DNA from: Oligoflexales bacterium
Lineage (GTDB): Bacteria > Bdellovibrionota_B > Oligoflexia > Oligoflexales > Bog-1112
DNA length: 10,650 nt
Direction of reading: 5' to 3'
Assembly (NCBI GenBank): GCA_045105515.1
Contig: JBGCDR010000097.1
Span: forward strand, 1 to 10,650
In this document: positions 7,229-10,650 of the stretch, one piece after another
Layout: the number at the start of each line of letters is the position of its first letter
Numbering within the stretch: position 1 is the first letter of the stretch
Position numbers and translations under genes: made by a program
The notes under the pieces: model-generated
What the model was told of the DNA's origin: nothing
Database searches by the model: none
What the model saw: only the letters and a program-made list of their open reading frames with translations

Positions 7229-8068
7229 TTAATTTTCCATAATTTGCATGCAAACTGGACAGGTGTCGCTTTTGGAATACCATGCCTCTATACATGGAAT
7301 ACAAAATACATGCCCACACCCTATTTTCCAGCCATTGGATTTTACACTATCTAAGCAGATTGGACACTCAAGGTAATGTTTTTGATCCGAATAAGGTACT
7401 CCAATTTTTAACAATTCACTATCTTCCCAGTGGCGATTCTCAACATCTAATTCATGAGGTATTTCTTCTCCGTAGATTGTAATTAATCTATTTAGCTCTT
7501 CATCTTGAAGAAGCCACTGAACTTTTGATCTATCTCTTTTTGGCAGTTTTAAAAACTCAATATTGCTCCAAATTCGATCAGCAAAGACAAAAAAAACTGT
7601 AGGCCACAGAAATAATGTTGCAAGTGTGGCACTATAAAAGTATTCAGAAAGATCTTTAGGAGTTATAAAGCAGTTTTTTACGAAACTAGCGAAACTTACT
7701 GCACAAACGCTACCTGTCATTAGGGATAGAAGGCGCGGAAATTGCAAGCTTTCTTTGGTTGAATATTTTTGTGATATTGGTCTATATACCTTTAGTTTTA
7801 AATGTTTCACGGGAGGAATTTTTAGATGATAGCTCACACCACCCCTACGAACTAAGTAGCTATATTCTTGGTTGGTCGTATTAGGTTCTATGGCAGTATT
7901 TTCTATTTCAAAGGGTTCTATCTGTGTAATAAGAAGTCTTTCTCTATCTTGAAAAGAACTACCATGAAGTCCTAAAAGGACCTCAATCTCATACTGACTA
8001 CTTGAAAATGAATTCGACGAAAATATTATGCCAATTGCAAAAACAATAATATTAAAAACACATTTCAT
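7229..8068 (-). CDS. Signal-peptide protein with two hydrophobic helices and a C-terminal C3HC4 RING finger (putative E3 ubiquitin ligase-like), 279 aa
   Basis: AGAGGA SD at 8083-8078. MKCVFNIIVFAIGIIFSSNSFS is signal-like. Hydrophobic segments LLSLMTGSVCAVSFASFV and YFYSATLATLFLWPTVFFVFA. CPIC-x12-CGHVFCIPC-IEAW-x6-CPVC (7366-7250) equals C-x2-C-x12-C-x-H-x2-C-x2-C-x10-C-x2-C. Confidence 0.92.
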   Translation of the reverse strand: MKCVFNIIVFAIGIIFSSNSFSSSQYEIEVLLGLHGSSFQDRERLLITQIEPFEIENTAIEPNTTNQEYSYLVRRGGVSYHLKIPPVKHLKLKVYRPISQKYSTKESLQFPRLLSLMTGSVCAVSFASFVKNCFITPKDLSEYFYSATLATLFLWPTVFFVFADRIWSNIEFLKLPKRDRSKVQWLLQDEELNRLITIYGEEIPHELDVENRHWEDSELLKIGVPYSDQKHYLECPICLDSVKSNGWKIGCGHVFCIPCIEAWYSKSDTCPVCMQIMEN

Positions 8069-8086
8069 AACTAAAAATCCTCTACT

Positions 8087-8117
8087 ATTGTACTAATCAA
8101 GTTGACAAGTAATCAAC
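8087..8117 (-). promoter_or_regulatory. Putative sigma-70 promoter of the RING gene overlapping a short palindrome
   Basis: Minus strand TTGATT (8116-8111), 18 bp, TACAAT (8092-8087). Overlaps GTTGA-N7-TCAAC (8101-8117) and a TAATCAA direct repeat (8094-8100, 8110-8116). Confidence 0.35.
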
Positions 8118-8277
8118 TGTACGAAGATCTGTATCCGTACTTTAAATTGGCTGGAATGTAAATATTTTAATTGAGTATTAAGTAAATCTACAAAGATACC
8201 ATTGACATCATCAAAAACACTTCTTTTATTAGTTTATCCTGCAGACAGGGATTTATTCGAAAGATAACCTTTTAGGA

Positions 8278-8305
8278 TTGACAAACAAGACATACATCTT
8301 ATCAT
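8278..8305 (+). promoter_or_regulatory. Putative sigma-70 promoter of the 8339 gene
   Basis: TTGACA (8278-8283), 16 bp, TATCAT (8300-8305), about 30 bp upstream of the start codon. Confidence 0.5.
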
Positions 8306-8338
8306 CAAGCCCTTGTTCTCTGGTTATGGGATTTGATG

Positions 8339-9406
8339 ATGCAAAAATTTCTCTATTTTATTATCGTTATCAATTTTTTTGAAGTAACTGCCGAGGCCAA
8401 TAGCCTTAATACAGATACCATGATGCAAGTTTTATGCGCTGATGACGCTGTTTCTAAACAATCGTGTGCGAAAGTTAGAGATGAGCATGGTAGAGAAATT
8501 TGGAAAGATTTTAGTGTAATTCATGCCTCCGGTGAGGTTTCAAAAATTACTGATTTTAGGGATCTTGAATGGTTACTGGGTGAAGAGCTAGATAATGTTA
8601 AAAAAACTGCTTTAATAGAGCAAATATACAACATGCCAGAATTTTTTTCTTATTGCAATTATAAGTTACTTAGTGATTTGTGGACAACACAAACTCAAAA
8701 TACAGCGGCAGAAAACCCATGGGTTTCATCGCTAACTGGACTTACGTGGCTGAAACCTGAACCTAGATACCTGAGGGCAATTTCCAATTTTTTACATGTA
8801 CGACTTCTTTTTTACTCTGAAAAAATTGAAAAAGAATTAAAAACGAAAGAGGAACTCATATACCATGCTTATAATCTATTATTTGTAATGAATGCTTTTA
8901 TCAAATATTGCCATGCAACATCCACTCTAGTTTATAATGAAAAAACAAAACAAGCTGCTAGATATGCCGGATACCATTCAAGTTTAAGTGATATTGCAGT
9001 TTATAAATTAGGAGATTCATTTGATCCAGAGAAAATAAAAAAGGTTGTTTGGACAGGTCGCTTAAAAATACCAGAATCGATGATAAAATTATCTGCAACA
9101 AAAATAGGGTCGATTCCTTTTGATCAGAATAAAAGTCCGGGAAAGTATCATCGCTTCGTATATCGGACTATTGAAAAATTAACTCTTTTGTATTTGATTG
9201 ATCATTTCGAAAATTTTTTTAATTATGTTTATAAAGAGGCTCAAAGTTACTCTTCATTCAGGCCGGACGAAGCGCTTCACTTTTTTGATAGCTGGGAATC
9301 CTTTAAAATAGATTCCAAAAAAAATATTTCAAAATCTGGTAAATATTATTTCACTCCTTGGTTTGAGAAAGTTGAATCTGTATTGTTAATGGCTGGATTC
9401 GAGTAA
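8339..9406 (+). CDS. Hypothetical exported protein, about 355 aa
   Basis: Long ORF in AT-rich DNA. MQKFLYFIIVINFFEVTAEA is signal-like with an A-x-A site. The start could be 8333, 8336 or 8339. No family recognised. Confidence 0.82.
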   Translation: MQKFLYFIIVINFFEVTAEANSLNTDTMMQVLCADDAVSKQSCAKVRDEHGREIWKDFSVIHASGEVSKITDFRDLEWLLGEELDNVKKTALIEQIYNMPEFFSYCNYKLLSDLWTTQTQNTAAENPWVSSLTGLTWLKPEPRYLRAISNFLHVRLLFYSEKIEKELKTKEELIYHAYNLLFVMNAFIKYCHATSTLVYNEKTKQAARYAGYHSSLSDIAVYKLGDSFDPEKIKKVVWTGRLKIPESMIKLSATKIGSIPFDQNKSPGKYHRFVYRTIEKLTLLYLIDHFENFFNYVYKEAQSYSSFRPDEALHFFDSWESFKIDSKKNISKSGKYYFTPWFEKVESVLLMAGFE

Positions 9407-9543
9407 AAATAACCTGCTGGCTCTGAATCGTATTGCCTGTTTCTTAGGCTCCAATTATTTATTGCTTTGAACATATACCTAGTTTTGCTATTCTCGTTCC
9501 TTGGCTGTATTGACAAAACCCATATATATAGAAAAAACAAAAA

Positions 9544-10449
9544 ATGAAAAAACATTTATTGCTGTTTTTAATAATCTATCCAATATTTGCCTCGAAAGCC
9601 TTAAGCTCTGCTGATCCAAGCAATGGAATGTTACATGAAATTGACTCAGATTTTCAAAGTAATAACTTACCCATAGCTATTGCTAGCCTTGTAGAATCTG
9701 ATAATTCTCACGAAGACAAAAAGTTGGACCTAGATAATTTAAAATATTGGGAGTTGTATGATGTGTTTAGTCAGCGTTTTTCTCATTGGTTGTGTGAAAA
9801 GAGTATTAACTCATCGGTTGATGCTGGTAGATTAATTATTTCGTTATACTCTGTCTTTAAAGCCTCACATTTTCTGATCGATGAAATAGCAAGAAGCGCC
9901 GCTAAGAAAGCTATTTTATCTGGAGTACTTTACGATTACAAAAAACATGCAGATCTAATGAGACATGATCCTATAACTCGCATGATTGGTCACTATGTTT
10001 TATCAAATAATGCGTATTCTAAATACAAAATAAATTTCGATGGTATTTACAATTTGGATATAGATTTTTGGTCAGTTTGTCATATCGGATACTTCAGAGG
10101 CGTCGGTTCCAAATATGATAGATCAAGCATAATGGCAGTGCGTAGGAAAATAATTAATTCTTTTATGTATGATTCAATTTGGCATGCAACCTTTGAATCG
10201 GTTTTCCAAACTTATACAAAAAATCATCCATGGAAAGATTTAGGGCATATCGCTTTAAAGAGATCCAGATGGTTGATGGCCAAGCATATGTATTTGAATT
10301 TTCACTACCTACTTGATGAAGCTTACAATGCAAGAAACAAAAAAGTATGGAAACCTTCTGAAATTGAACTAAATCGAACTTTAGATGAACTGGAAGAATT
10401 AATTCCAAAGAGTTTTACAATTTTGGAAATTTTAAGAAATTCTAGATAA
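9544..10449 (+). CDS. Hypothetical exported protein, 301 aa
   Basis: Long ORF with signal-like MKKHLLLFLIIYPIFASKALS; aromatic-rich, probably helical body. No family recognised. Confidence 0.82.
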   Translation: MKKHLLLFLIIYPIFASKALSSADPSNGMLHEIDSDFQSNNLPIAIASLVESDNSHEDKKLDLDNLKYWELYDVFSQRFSHWLCEKSINSSVDAGRLIISLYSVFKASHFLIDEIARSAAKKAILSGVLYDYKKHADLMRHDPITRMIGHYVLSNNAYSKYKINFDGIYNLDIDFWSVCHIGYFRGVGSKYDRSSIMAVRRKIINSFMYDSIWHATFESVFQTYTKNHPWKDLGHIALKRSRWLMAKHMYLNFHYLLDEAYNARNKKVWKPSEIELNRTLDELEELIPKSFTILEILRNSR

Positions 10450-10552
10450 CATGCAATAACGTTTTTTTATGTAAATTCTGATCTATGGATTAACCAACTA
10501 ATTGGTTTTCTTAAATGCCAATCAACAGTTGAAACTCCTGGTATAGGCCGAT

Positions 10553-10650
10553 TTAGGCACTTGGTAAAATTCTCATCAGCATTCCAGCAGCTAGTCTACC
10601 GAAGATGTGCAAAGATAATCCTTGAGTTGACCTAACTTTACTTGCCATTT
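10553..10650 (-). CDS. Possible 3' end of a gene entering from the right edge, loosely like an IS982-type DDE transposase C-terminus
   Basis: Frame open from the edge: MASKVRSTQGLSLHIFGRLAAGMLMRILPSA* (TAA 10555-10553). The RSxxGLxxxIxxxLxA pattern recalls DDE transposase termini, but only 31 residues are visible. Confidence 0.3.
   Translation of the reverse strand, partial: MASKVRSTQGLSLHIFGRLAAGMLMRILPSA

Noticed and set aside
7282..7482. 66-aa plus-strand ORF
   Set aside because: Antisense to the RING gene; no motif.
5045..8165. 14-bp inverted match (5045-5058 / 8152-8165)
   Set aside because: AT-rich and at chance level for this window; no target duplication or transposase between the copies.
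4782..9529. 13-bp inverted match tatatatgggttt (4782-4794 / 9517-9529)
   Set aside because: Low complexity and expected by chance.
9510..9535. TTGACA upstream of the 9544 gene
   Set aside because: TATATA elements are too close; no -10 at proper spacing.
9346..9555. 69-aa minus-strand ORF
   Set aside because: Overlaps both flanking genes antisense; low-complexity start from T-runs.
10163..10408. 81-aa minus-strand ORF
   Set aside because: Entirely antisense within the 301-aa gene.
1..10650. CRISPR array, tRNA/rRNA, integron attC array, strong intrinsic terminators
   Set aside because: No regularly spaced repeats, cloverleaf, repeated attC-like sites or clear GC stem plus U-tract were found by eye.

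Overview
AT-rich bacterial DNA (roughly one-third GC by eye) with no housekeeping genes, RNA genes or CRISPR array. Intact genes: two stand-alone CheY-like receivers (389-820, 902-1306); a lipoprotein with two cadherin-like domains and two tandem Cys-pair repeats (3255-4640, -); an exported protein with a Gly-rich hydrophobic hairpin (5394-6206); a TIGR02594-like CHAP/NlpC-P60 hydrolase (6229-6702, -); a signal-peptide, two-hydrophobic-helix protein ending in a eukaryote-type C3HC4 RING finger (7229-8068, -); and two orphan exported proteins (8339-9406, 9544-10449). Manual translation shows that much of the apparent intergenic DNA is decayed coding sequence that the ORF track misses or only partly captures: an LRR-helical-ankyrin pseudogene (about 1449-2685), a PilZ-like remnant (3000-3270), a degraded paralog of the TIGR02594-like gene (about 5106-5365) and a 160-codon frame with one internal TGA coupled to the hydrolase (6695-7174). 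Short partial ORFs at both edges loosely resemble transposase termini. Working hypothesis (inference): a fast-turnover neighbourhood of exported host- or prey-interaction proteins with eukaryote-like domains. No database searches were run; family calls rest on recognised motifs.
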